A stretch of DNA of 64,000 nucleotides, taken from NCBI RefSeq assembly GCF_004010195.1, contig NC_057758.1:463598-527597 (forward strand), read 5' to 3'. This DNA is from Chiloscyllium plagiosum. Lineage: Eukaryota. The translations under genes and the position numbers were made by a program. Position 1 is the stretch's first letter, and every line of letters starts with the position of its first letter. The notes beneath the pieces are model-generated. The model was not told where the DNA came from. It saw only the letters and a list, made by a program, of their open reading frames with translations, and searched no databases. Shown piece by piece: positions 1-12,099 of this stretch.

Positions 1-877
1 ATTATTCCTTTTAGCGACAATATACAACCAAAAAAAAATCGCCATTGCCCCGATTTAATAAACCAGAGTTTATCCATTGTGTAACTTCAATTTCCTGAAC
101 TTTGGAACCGCAAGTACCTTTTGGGTAATTGGCGATGTGTGATAAATGCTGGCCCAGACAGTGACAACCTCAACCCATGAATGAAGAACAATACATTTTA
201 TATTCTCCTACAACTAACTCCAGGTAGATGAAGATGACTTGAACTCTATCTTCAACATATCAATTATGCCTTTAGACAATCGCATTCTCGCAACACATTC
301 TACCTATCCACATGCGGTTTTCTGGTTTACTGGTCATCGTTCATACAATTCTGATTTGTTTCATTTATATCTCTGTCCACCAGGCATGTTCTCAACATCC
401 AAGCCACAAAGACTACTGATCTCCTAAACATGTGTGACAAACACACTGCTCATTTCCCTTTGTTAGGAAGAAAATTCATAACAACCATGACGTTAAAGTC
501 GTGCCGTGCTGATCCTTGACGTAACTGGACTTGGGTCAACAATTCACGCTTCCAGCATTCCCTGCTTCCTGTTAAAACTTCATTTTGCATGTGCTTTCAT
601 TATTGTAAGCGCTTCACGGCAACTGAATGACGTTTATCACATGCACTGATGTTTTTTTTATTTGGACAGAAAACATAATCTAATAGTCTCACAGATGTTT
701 TCACATTTCTTTTCACAGAAAAACATCATTCGTACATCTAATTCAAACTGTAGTTCTAGAGTTGTCATTAATTGGCACAGTCTCTGGTCAGTGCCTTATT
801 TCAATATTTTGAAGCAATATGGTAACTCATACAGTAATGTAGGGGCGCTGTTGTTGGACTTGTGTGAACAAATGTAA

Positions 878-1290
878 AAATCACACAACACCAGTTTATA
901 GTCCAAGTGGTTTACTTCGAAGTGGCACCTTTCTGAGCGCTGCTCCTCCATCAGACAATTGTAGATCAGGATCATAAGGCAAAGAATCGATAGCAAAAGA
1001 TCACTGTGTTATGCCTGCAACTGCTACGATCTATTGAACTAACCTCAGTTGCTATTAAGTCTGTCATCTTTTAGAATGGTTTGCAAGTTTCGGTTCATTA
1101 ATATGGAAATCCTAGAACTTCTTTCATCTCACTTTCTCGAGGTAACTTACGCTTTTACAAAAGAACAGTTGACAAGTGTGAGGTCTGACTCTGCATTCCA
1201 ATATTGAGTCAGACTGGTCCTATTCAAAAGTAGAAATTTATAAAAAGTTACATGGATTGATTGCTTGCATTGACTGCCAGCACATTGTAT
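878..1290 (-). mobile_element. PLE 3' end/pLTR fragment with decayed hammerhead motif
   Basis: AAAATCACACAACACCAG...CTTTCTGAGCGCTGCTCCTCCATCAG at about 878-954 is the same pLTR family as 24596-24782. Confidence 0.6.
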
Positions 1291-1304
1291 GCACTAGCGA
1301 ATTT

Positions 1305-1855
1305 TTGGAAGATTTGTAGCTCAGTTTGAAGTTTTGGATGCTGAGCTTGCTGAGCTGAAAGGTTCATTTCCACATGTTTCATTACCTTCCTCGGTAACAT
1401 CTTCAGTGTACTTTATGCAAAGTATTGCTGAAACTTCCTGTTTTATATTGATATGTTTGGGTTTCTTTGGGTTGGTGGTGTCATTTCCTTTGGTGATGTT
1501 ATTTCCTTTGGTGATGTCACTGCCTGTGCCTTTTCTCGGGGTGGTAGATGGGGTCTAACTCGATGTGTTTGTTGAGAGAGTTCTGGTTGGAATGCCATTC
1601 TTCTAGGAATTCTCGTGCATGTCTTTGTTTGGCTTGTCCTAGGATGGATGTATTGTCCCAGTCGAAGTGGTGTCCCTCCTCATCCATATGTGAGGATACT
1701 AGTGAGAGAGGGTCACGTATTTTTGTGGCTAGTTGGTGTTCATGTATCCTGGTGGCCGGTGTTCTGCGTGTTTGTCCAATGTATTGTTTGTTACAGTCCT
1801 TGCACGGTATTTTGTTACTGACGTTAGTTTTGCTCAGTGTCTGTATAGGGTATTT
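1305..1855 (-). mobile_element. PLE (Poseidon/Penelope-type) 3' fragment: GIY-YIG endonuclease plus pLTR
   Basis: Minus strand reads IPCKDCNKQYIGQT..RIHEHQLA..HHFDWDNTSILGQAKQRHAREFLEEWHS; homologous to 59250-59760; decayed hammerhead at 1370-1409. Confidence 0.85.
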
Positions 1856-1889
1856 TTACTTCATTAGCTGCTGTTACTGCCAACAATAT

Positions 1890-2225
1890 CTAAAACCGGA
1901 TCCTTGTTATTTTGCGGAACGGTCACAGAGCATCCTTGCACTGTCTACCAGTTCCCTTTCCATCTGCTGACTGGACTCCATCTATGTTATACTTGTACCT
2001 AAGGTGGGACTACCTCCCTGTGTCTCCTCTCAATCACACCCTCAGCCTCCCAAATGATCCGATGTTCATTGAACTCCAACTCCAGTGCCCTAATGCTGTT
2101 TTCAAGGAGCTGGAGTTGGGTGCGCTTACCGCAGGTCAAGCCAGCAAGGACACTCGTTGTGTTCCTCACGTCACACATTCTGCAGCCAGAACATTCAACT
2201 GCCCGAACCTCCATTCCCACGATTG
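1890..2225 (-). mobile_element. CR1 LINE ORF1 N-terminal fragment (Cys-rich/coiled coil)
   Basis: ORF 1999..2391 contains AVECSGCRM..LTCGKRTQLQLLENSIRALELEFNEHRIIWEAEGVI, typical of the CR1 ORF1 start. Confidence 0.7.
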
Positions 2226-2242
2226 CAAATTCCTCCAGAAGC

Positions 2243-2360
2243 CGAAACTGAGGACTGCAGATACTGGAGATTAGAGTTGGGCGTGTGGTGTTCGAATCGC
2301 ATAGCAGTTCGGGCAGCGTCGGAGAAGCAGGAGAATTGATACTCCCGGCACTAAATTCCC
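2243..2360 (-). mobile_element. Decayed PLE pLTR fragment
   Basis: GACTGCAGATACTGGAGATTAGAG...GGCAGCGTCGGAGAAGCAGGAGAATTGAT resembles 35090-35211 and 42505-42659. Confidence 0.55.
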
Positions 2361-3027
2361 CAACATTGCTCATGATAACCATCACACACAAACAGTAGGA
2401 ATTCCTCTTCTTGATTTTTGCAATTTCAGTTTAAAGTCATTTTGAATGATAACCTCTTCCAGTTTTTTTTTTTTTTGCTTACTCTGATAAACACATACTA
2501 TTTTCGAATCTTTGGATCGCTGAGCTTTAACGAAACAGATTCAATGCGATCAGAATCAAAATTCGTCATTTTTATAACATTAATGCCTTTATTAATTAAA
2601 AATGCGACGAATCTGGCATGTAAAATCAAACCGCAGAGGCTTTTTAAATCTTTTCATAGCAGATTAACCCGTGCCAACTTTTCATCCTGTGAACAGGTCT
2701 GAACATGTAACTCTTCATTATGTCATTAAGCTTTCTTACCCTTGCCCTCATCCTCGATTTCCCGTCCTCTGATTTCTTGCAGAGGTTTCCATCGCTCTAC
2801 TAGTTTTAGTTCAAGCTTCTATGAGCGCTCTTTCTAATGACCCCTTTGGGTCATCAGGTCAAAATCTGCCCGGCCCTGTGAAGGGAAAGAAACATTGCAT
2901 TGCGTCCACTTGATCCTTGTTGTAAAAAGCCTACATTGACATGACTCACTAACCATACTGACAAACTCATGTCCTTTCTGGAAATTCATTTGAAGTGAAT
3001 ACATCTTTGACTGATAGTTCAGTTTAT

Positions 3028-6000
3028 TTATTTGATCGATTTATTAGTAAATGGATAAATGAGAGTCGTCTTCAACTGCTTTCTGAACGTAGTCTGCGCA
3101 ATTAATGTTTGTGCAGTAACTTAGAAGCTTTCGCATGAAGCCCAGTTCCAACATGTCAACAAAAAAACCAAAATCCAAAAGTATATATACCTCTCCAAAT
3201 ACACAAAAACCGATGATCATTGACCATAAGAGAATGAAATTGGTTGAGGTAACAAATAATAAACTAATGTATTTCCTTCAAATCGGCATCTCTTGATCTA
3301 TTCAATTTTCTCCATTTCTGGGAGTTCAATGCCTCCTGCAGGCTCTACTGCTGATCAACGGAAGGTGAAAACAATTGGCATCAAACTGCTTGAAGGCGAA
3401 GGTGACAGTAAACCAGACAGGGCAGTCAGTGGTTGCGTAAAACATTTCAGCGTGGATATTGCACACAGCAATGGAGAACAGGAAGTAAACCTGTTTCTGA
3501 TAAACAATCGGAATGTACCTCAATATCACATCGAGAATAATGAACAATAGATCAGCCACTACCATATCCAACAGGTAAAAACTGACATGTGGAGACAACC
3601 TACAATACTTAAATATTAGGCCGAAGATCCTTACTACATTAACTGCGACAAATGCAAAAAAAATGCATCAACTAGAAGCAAATTTCCAGTGGATTGAGGA
3701 TCTAGTAAGATTTTAAAAAGTCTCACTGTTTGCAGTGCGTTCGTCAGAGTTTTGAACTTCACAGAACAATTGAGAATATCTGAGTTATTAGAAATGTTGT
3801 GAAACAAAATAAAAAAAGGCTCAGTTTTCTACCCAACGGACAGATGCCCATTAATGAGAAGATAAGTTTTAGAACATTCACACCTACCTGATCACCCAAG
3901 AACAAGCACAAGTCAATTTATTACGATTAATAACGCAGAGTGTGAAAGTGTTGCTTTCTTGAAGTATTCTTTACCAGTTTCTTGAAGATAAATGGAGGTT
4001 GGAATTTTCTGCCTATTACTTTGCCATTGATGTACATAACGAATAATAGTTTCCAATTATCTCCAGTCTTTTAAAAACTCCAGTACTTCTCATTCCCATG
4101 CAGTTTTGGATCCATTTCCGTTTTTTTAAGCACACGTTTGTTTCTTTCAAAACGAACTTCGAAGCAGTGTTTTCTTCTGATTGGAACGGGGTTTCATCTC
4201 TCCGGCACTTTATTTTTTGTTTAATTTAATCAGTGCAGCCAATCAAACAAAATATTGGAAATGCAATGTTCCAGATAATCTTCCAAGCAACATCCCGAAT
4301 CAGGAAATGACCAGTCCATAATTATGAAATTTGTGAACAGAAGCAATGTCGCTTTCAATAAAATTAAAACTCTGAAAGGTATCTATCAGAGGTGGATTAG
4401 ACAAAAAATCAACACTGCAAACGTGCTGCATCAAAGAATGAAATCAATGCCTGATCTGATTGTCTCCCGATCTTCATATTTTCACTCACTCCTCGATGTC
4501 ATAAATCCTTTTGTGACTGTCTCAAAACATATCGAATGACTCTGCCCTCGTGGCTTTTGGGAAGATGTTTAACACATTGACAGTTCTCAAACCAAAGAAG
4601 GAAAAATCTCGATATCAATTTTGAGATGCTGCATACAGCCTAAAGGAAAGTGGGCTCTCTTTCTGACTGTGTAAATATTGAGCAAAACAACATAAATAAT
4701 AGAAGCGTTGTGTCGAGATAGGAGTGGAAATAATCGTGGCCTGGTCACAAGCGACTAGAATATACATTATTCACAAATCAAAGCCTTTTTTTCTGTTTCC
4801 AGTTATCCCGGGTCTTATAAAATTTTCAGAACTTATAAAACTTCTAAAATATTCCTAGCAAAATACATAAAACGATAGTTATTTTATTTTCCCTATTCCC
4901 AATATTCAAGTCCGGGGATTCAGTCCAGACAGACATCACCCCTGCTTGAGCACCACAATGAAATGTCTTTGAGTTTAATGTGAGGGCATTCTCCGTGCGT
5001 GTTACATCTTCATTAAATTTACACAGTCACATCTGCTTTATTCTACATTACTGTAAATTGATGTCTGTGTGAGAGAAAGAGACAGAACAACTGAGTCAGA
5101 TCGAGAAGCAACTCGCCTCTGAAAGTCGATGCGGGTTATTCCAGTGTTCTTGGATAAACTGCAGTGCACTTGGCAAAGACGATCATCTTACTTCTTTTCA
5201 GAGCTTGCCTTTTTGAACATCTCAGATCTCTGTGTTGGTCATTTAGCAATTACAATTACAATGTGCCTAAACTCTCCATTACTAGCCCAAAGTTGTATCA
5301 TTTAACCCCCTTCCTCACAGGATGTGTCCATTTTCTCGCAAAGCAACCTCAAGGCAATCGCCCAAACGTGTTCACTAACTTTTGAATATGAGAGTTGACT
5401 AATTTCCCCACCCCAGTTAAATGTTGGTCAACAGAGCCTACGCTTCTTAACTCCAACATTTCATTTATTTTCCTGAATTCACCAGTATTACCTCTGAAGC
5501 ATGTGCACCTCACAATTGCTTTCTCCATAGAATTAAAAAAAAGTCCTTCAGCGTAGAAAACTGCTATTCTTACCTGGTCTGGCCGACATGTGACTCCAGA
5601 CCGCAGCAATGTGTTTGACTCTTAAGTGCTCTCTGTGCAATTAGGAATGGGCAATAGGTGCTGCCTTGCCAGCGACGCCTCACGCCGTGAATGAATTATA
5701 AAAGATGTCCAACAATACAATTCATACCTGTTTTCTGCGTCTTAGCATTCAAAAAGGCAATATCCACATTTATGAGAATTAAAACGAGGTGTACTTTCAG
5801 TATGGAAATTAATGCATAACTGGATTGAAATAATGAGAAGGAATGTTTGAAATGAAAAGAGAAATGGGCATCATTTATAGTCTCACTATTGCACAAGTAA
5901 ATGTAAATGTAAAGATAAAGGCCAGCAGAGTTCCAACGTGTCTAAGTATCTTGAAATAGTTGGCATTTGAGAACGCTGTTAAGAGACAATCAAGCCATGA

Positions 6001-6617
6001 TGTTGCGTGCATGGTATCACATTCAGGCCATTCCTATTAATCAAGCCAGATTTACTACCCGTACATTTACTAGTGAAGCAGATATGCTTTAACAACTGCT
6101 GAAATTTTCTCCACGTTTTTCAGTAAAAGTGGAGTCTGGTTAATAAAGACATATCAGGTGGTTTATTCAGCAGCTGGACTAAGGTGGATGCCTGTTGGTG
6201 ATGTTCTGGAGTTACTAATTGGTAAGATTTGTCCTGGCCACTACACAACAACAAGCATCAACCCAGCTATATAGAGAGTCTTGAAGAATATATAACAGTC
6301 AGGCTGCTTGTTAGGCGTCATTGAGTGATGAGGCTGGATTTGATGAACAAAGAGCGGATTTGGTCATTGAAAGTGAAGGTAATTGTGTCTATCTGCCCGA
6401 AATTAACAAAAAAATTGCAGTTCAATGCTGTTTCGAAATTGAATAACAATAAAAATAACTTACTAGGAAAACCAATAATTGCAATGATGGGATAGTAATC
6501 CGCTTGAATAAAAATCAATACAGCTTTGACCCACATCAGCAATGATGTCAAATCTAGAGGAAGAAAGTAAATGCACAAGTGTAAACTCCTTTCCATTCTT
6601 ATAATATTCAACTTCAT
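3028..6617 (-). pseudogene. GPR139/GPR142-like class A GPCR pseudogene, copy A (exon 1 6464-6617, exon 2 3028-3642)
   Basis: Exon 1 ends ..IQADYYPIIAIIGFP with GTAAGT donor (6458-6463); AG acceptor at 3643-3644; phase-1 join gives P-I-N-V; then YLLDMVVADLL, CNIH..YATTDCPVWFTVTFAF, TM6 LLFVTSTNFILLW, TM7 ELGFMRKLLSYCTN; several stops; TM4-TM5 absent. Confidence 0.85.
5540..5703 (+). mobile_element. Old SINE 3' half with LINE-like tail
   Basis: CTTACCTGGTCTGGCCGACATGTGACTCCAGACC..GGGCAATAGGTGCTG..CCAGCGACGCC..GTGAATGAAT; decayed relative at about 44985-45125; similar tail at about 120-187. Confidence 0.6.
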
Positions 6618-6762
6618 TGCTGTTAGATACTCATCATTTGTTGGAACATTTCAATTGATTGGTCACAGTAGCTGATCTCTTCTCTCTCTGTGGCTTGCAC
6701 TCTTTCTAATGTTGGACGTGATGCTCCGCTGTTACTTTGGGATTAAACATTGAAATGAGCTC

Positions 6763-6800
6763 CTTTTAAAGAGAATAGTGAAACCTGCCCGTGAGACAAT
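6763..6800 (-). promoter_or_regulatory. Putative core promoter of GPCR copy A: ATTGTCTCAC-20 bp-TTTAAAAG
   Basis: About 150 bp upstream of the exon 1 ATG; the same motif pair occurs upstream of copy C. Confidence 0.45.
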
Positions 6801-6989
6801 TATGATCTATGTAGACTGACAATATACACAATCACTGAACACATTATGTTCAGTTAACTCCAACTGATACTGTACTTTTAGATCACAATAATGTAGAACA
6901 TTTTCCTTGCCTGCGTGCGATGTATGAGCATAGACAAGGAAAGGCAGTATGGCAGGGCAGAATGATTAATGATAACCACAAAATATTAA

Positions 6990-8365
6990 AAAAAAAGGCA
7001 AGGGTGACACGAAAGAAAATAAACAAAAATCTGAGAAGTTTGGATTTGGCATACACTGCTTGGAATGCTTGGAGCAATGTCCACTTGAAGTATTTAAGAG
7101 GGCTTTGTTCATGATGTTGATACAAACAGTTGTCAAGGATATGGGGACAACAAAGTGAATATTGGGAAAGGTAATGATATGCATTGCAGAGTTGGTGCAT
7201 GCACAATGGGCCAAAATACCTGTCTGCGTGACAAACAGTTTCACGGTCCTATGAACATTCAAGACACTGCAATATGGATGTAATGGCGGATTATAGGACA
7301 GTTGCAAAATTTTCTTCTTGATTAATCTTGGATATATGTGCCAGCCGATTTAATACCAATGGTACACCGAGGATAGTATCCGAAATCATAAATGAAGAGA
7401 ATAATTTGTAACTTTAAAATCATTTATGGGGAACAAGCAGTGCAGATATTATATCGTAAATTCGTTCCTGGGCAAATTATTTCAGCTCTTTAATTCAACA
7501 TTATGTATGTGTTGTTGCCGAATTAATCTCCACAAACAAAATACTTGTTTGGAAAACGGCAGCCCATTCATTGAAGAATAAGTAAAAGTATGGATATGAC
7601 ATTAAAACTGAATGCAATGACGACTGAAGTGAGACCGCTGTTCTGCAATATTCCCCAAACATTGGTATTTGAACAGTATTCGATTTGATCAAATCAAATA
7701 AACTAATGGACATTGGAGTGAAGTGTCGGTTTGGAGATAGAATCATAGAACATAGAACATAGAAAAATACGGCGCAGTACAGGCCCTTTGGCCCTCGATG
7801 TTGCGCCAATCCAAGCCCACCTAACCTACACTAGCCCACTATCCTCCATATGCCTATCCAATGCCCGTTTAAATGCCCATAAAGAGGGAGAGGCCACCAC
7901 AGCGACTGGCAGGGCATTCCATGAACTCACGACTCGATTGGAGATGACATGAAACAAAGGAAAAGAGAACTAAGAAGGGAATAAAACAAGACTGACTTTA
8001 TTCACATACTTCTTACTGGATTTAAGAGCTGATAGATTTGCAAAAATGAATGTAAGACATTTACTTCGGAAAATACAGAATCGGATGCAAATGTTATAAA
8101 TGTATGTATCTTCCTCGACAGACACATTGTGTTCCTGACTCTGAATTATTCCTGTTATTTGGATTCTGTCAGTCTCTATTCAGATCAAACAAACCCTGCT
8201 TCTGTTTCCAAGTCCTTGAGTGAATCAACTTCAGAATTAAATATAAATTCAATAAGACGTTTGATTTCTCTTCAGCTGTCAACAGTTCATCGCTGTGATA
8301 TTATTGCAAGTAGAGGTTCGGGGATCCCAAATATTATTATCAAGTGTATCCAAAATATTTTGATC
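6990..8365 (-). pseudogene. Possible heavily decayed GPCR remnant (copy B), interrupted by a CR1 tail
   Basis: Ordered weak motifs across frames: HLIIIFGIPEPLLAIISQR (TM1-like), RHFTPMSISLFDL (TM2-like), SVVIAFSFNVISI (TM3-like), ISDTILGVPLVLN (TM5-like), TGILAHCACTNSAMHIIT (TM7-like). Confidence 0.35.
7739..7937 (-). mobile_element. 5'-truncated CR1 3' end
   Basis: (TTCTATG)n tail read on the minus strand, GGGCCAAAGGGCCTGT stem-loop; flanking TTGGAGAT repeat at 7731-7738 and 7938-7945 (TSD). Confidence 0.85.
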
Positions 8366-10694
8366 TACAAATCTGCTCATAATCCACAGACTTCCAAAGA
8401 ATGAACCACATCACCTAGTGTCTAGAATCTATGTCCCCACCGCGATTATCTCTTCCTGTTTCTTATCCGCACTCTCTGTCGATATTCTGCCTTCATTATT
8501 GCTTCCAGTTCAAAAACTCTCATAACTTTCCCTCTGTCCAATATCGCGTTCTTGAATTTAAATGAAAAGGCATTGAACATAAATGCAAAGAATTTATGTG
8601 AAACTTAATACGTAAAACAATTCGAACTCTCGTGATTTCTTTCCCATTTTTGGTCACCTGACATTAGAGGAAAATGTGAAAGCAGTAAGAGAGGTGGCAG
8701 AAACTCTTCACAAGAATGGTCTCATGGATGAGGGACGTTACTCGCATCGAAATGGATGGGAGAACTTGAGAACTGCTGAAAAACATATTGATATAACAAG
8801 TGATAGGGAATTTCAAAGTGATGATGATTCTGAATAGCGCAGGAGTGAAAAATCTTCATGTCACGTGCAAATATCTCGCATGCACAGCGGGTGAGTGTGT
8901 TGATTTATCTACCTCCTGCATCACGGTTGAGAACCCTTCTGTTAATTACAAAAAAGACCCAGAAAAGCTTGCCAGGCCTAGCAATGACTTAAAGTATGAG
9001 TGACAAAGTACTCCCAAGTTCAACTTACTTAAGAAAAATGTCATTTTATCTTTACGTCTAAAAATGAACATTAACCTGCATTCTTTACAAATCTAAGACT
9101 CCTTTCTCTTAAATATTTGTTATCTGCGTCCAACTGCATGACAATATGATGCTCCATTAAAAACCCATCTTAGAATTGCATCAAAATAATTTCAAAAACA
9201 CGCACAGCTGTCGTCTCGGGTGTTCTTCTTCCTTCGGCTATGGATCTCCCTGGTCAACTTCTGTCCTTGTTTTTAGATGTTTCATGTAATACAGGTACCT
9301 TTGACAGATGGTGTTTTGAATGACAGGCTGTCCAGATGGCAGTTTACTCCCTGTCGAGCTTTCGAAACGCCTGCTTTTTTATTGCCCTAACATCAGATCA
9401 TGTCATTGCTTCGAAGTTGGCAAAAACAGCAAATTCAATATCGATTGTGTTTTAGTATCTCTAGGCATAATTTGAACTGATGTGTTAAATGCGAGTTATG
9501 TTCAAAATAGCAAGCAAATCTCAAGGCATCTGTTTTACACTAATGCGTTAAATATTTTCAGAATTCCAGTACACCCTGCGACTACCTGCTAGTTGTGTCA
9601 CTGTTGTTTTTCAGCTCTCAGTGCAAAGCAACATTCACACTCTCTTTAAGGTTCAGTACACGCCTTCAACTTCAAAACAATCAAGAAACCCTCTGATGTA
9701 CCAATCAAATTCGGCCCGTCAATGTTTGTGGCACGAAGGGAGTTCCAGTCAATATTGTGAAAGCTAAAATCACCCAGGACAGCACTCTGTTCTTTTCACA
9801 TCTCTCAATGATCCAATGTACATCTGTTCCTCTACCACCTGCTGGCAATTCAGAAGGCAGGAGTCCATCCCCATCCTAGAAATTGTACACTCCATGTCTC
9901 TTTTCTCTACTCATGTGATCTTACTGAAGGAGACCTGTTAGAGATCCTCTCTTACTTACCACAGTCTATGTCTCCTTTATCGATTATGCCATACATTCAC
10001 CACTTTTACTTCGCTCTCTGTCATGTCTGAACCAAAATTGAAATGTTCAGCTGCCGGTATTGCCCTTCTGTCAACTATGTTTCAGTAATGGCTATCACAT
10101 CATCGTCCAATATATTAAGCCATGGTCTCAGCACATCTGTCTTAACTGTTACATTCGTTAGTTTGAAATTATTAAGCTCCAGATCGCCAGTAGAGCCTTG
10201 TGCAACAAACTATTCTGACCGTGTTTCCAATAGGATGCAGTTTACTCAGAACACCTTCTCTTCAATGAAGAATGGGTCAATAAAGCTTGCTTTATCCCCA
10301 TCTCAGAAATGAATTAAAATAAGAGATGCGTTCTTACAATAGGCCAGAGGGCTGCATCACTCACACTGCTCGCATTTTAATGCAAGCTTACGAACATTGG
10401 GAAGAGTACCTGAATGGGATTTCTTTGAAGAAATATGGACCAAACTTAGTCAAGTTGGAATAGTTTAGTTTTGCTACATATTTGGTGTGAATTGGTGGAA
10501 CAAATGAGTCAACACCCATGCAGGAAGAATTCTAGAATCGAAACCTCGATGAAAGATATGTTGGCATTTGAGGGAATCCAGATGAAGTTTCTTATTAGGC
10601 TGATATCTGGTATGGAGGGACCATCTCAATGAGGAGAGCTTGAGTAGCTTATGCTGGTATTCTTTGGAGTTCAGAAGAATGAGAAATGGCCTTA

Positions 10695-11825
10695 GTACAC
10701 AGAAAATAGAACATAGAACATTAAGCACAAACGATTACAACGCAGTACAAGCCTTTCGCCGGCGATGTTGCACCGCCATGTCGCGCTCATCTGAAGCCAT
10801 TCTTCTTGCAAAATTCCATTTTCATCAATATTTTAATCCAGTGACATTGATATGCCCTTTAAGTTGACGAATCTACTATGGTTCTGCCAGGGCGTTCCAC
10901 GCCATGACTACTCTCTGAAGAAACCACCTCAGATATCTTTCCTATATCTATTACCTATCAACTTAAAGCTACATCGCCTCAGGCTAACCATCACCATCCG
11001 AGGAAAAATGTTCTCACTGTCCACCCGATCTGAACCTCTTATTGTCTTAATTGTCTTACTTAAGTCACCTCTCAACCTTCTCTCCAACAAAACCGCCTCA
11101 AGTACCTCAGCGTTTCCTCAAAAAAACTCCCCTCCAAACCATGTAACATCCAAGTAAATCTCCTCCAATATCTCAACCTTTCCAAAGCGTCTGCATCTTT
11201 CCTATAATGAGGTGACCAGATCATTATGCACTACCCCAAGTGCGACCAGACCAGACCCCAAGTGCGACCAGTACAGCCACAAAACTCAATCCCTCTCCCA
11301 ATAAATGTTAACACACCATCTGCCTTCTTGACAATCCTATCAATTTAAGTGGCAACTTTCAAGGACTGATGCACATGAATACCGAGATCTCTTTGTGCAT
11401 CTGCATTACGCAGAATCTTACCATTCGTCCAGTAATCTTTATTTCTGTTGCTCCTTCCAAAATTAGTCACCTCACACTTTTGCACATTTAACTCCTTTTA
11501 CCAATTCTCAGCCAGCTCTGCGGCTTATCTATGTCACTTTGTAACGTGCAATATCCTTTAGCACACACCGTAAATTCACTGACCCATTCTTCTACGCTCT
11601 CTTCCAGGTAATTTATAAAAATGACAAATAGCAGTGGCCCCAAAACAGATCCGTGCGGTACATGAACAATAGCTGAACTCCAGTTGAATATTTCCCATCA
11701 GCCACCAGTTAGCCAATTTCTGATCCAACAGCTAAACAACCCTCAAACCCATCCTTCCATATTTTGTGCAATAACCTATCTTATCAAACTCCTTACTTAA
11801 GTAAATATACACCACATCAAACTCT
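10695..11825 (-). mobile_element. CR1 ORF2 3' fragment (RT) with tail
   Basis: Reverse-complement homology to 22600-23730; ATAGAAC tail repeats at about 10705-10720. Confidence 0.8.
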
Positions 11826-12099
11826 TTGGTCAACTTATTATTGGAACATTAACGGTTCTTAGGCGATGAAATTGGGTAGATTTGAAGAGATAGCTTTCCC
11901 TGTAGAGAATGACTCTTGGGCGATGTGGAAAACATGTGAGAATATAAACATAATAGGTCGAAGGACGTCCTCTGTTGCTATGTGCCACGACAATACACTC
12001 TTTAAGAAATGACTACAGAATAGTCATTTCTCTCAACAATACAGTGAGTTATATTCACATCAACGCAGGAAAATTGGAGCAGCTGCAGAACGTTCTCCA

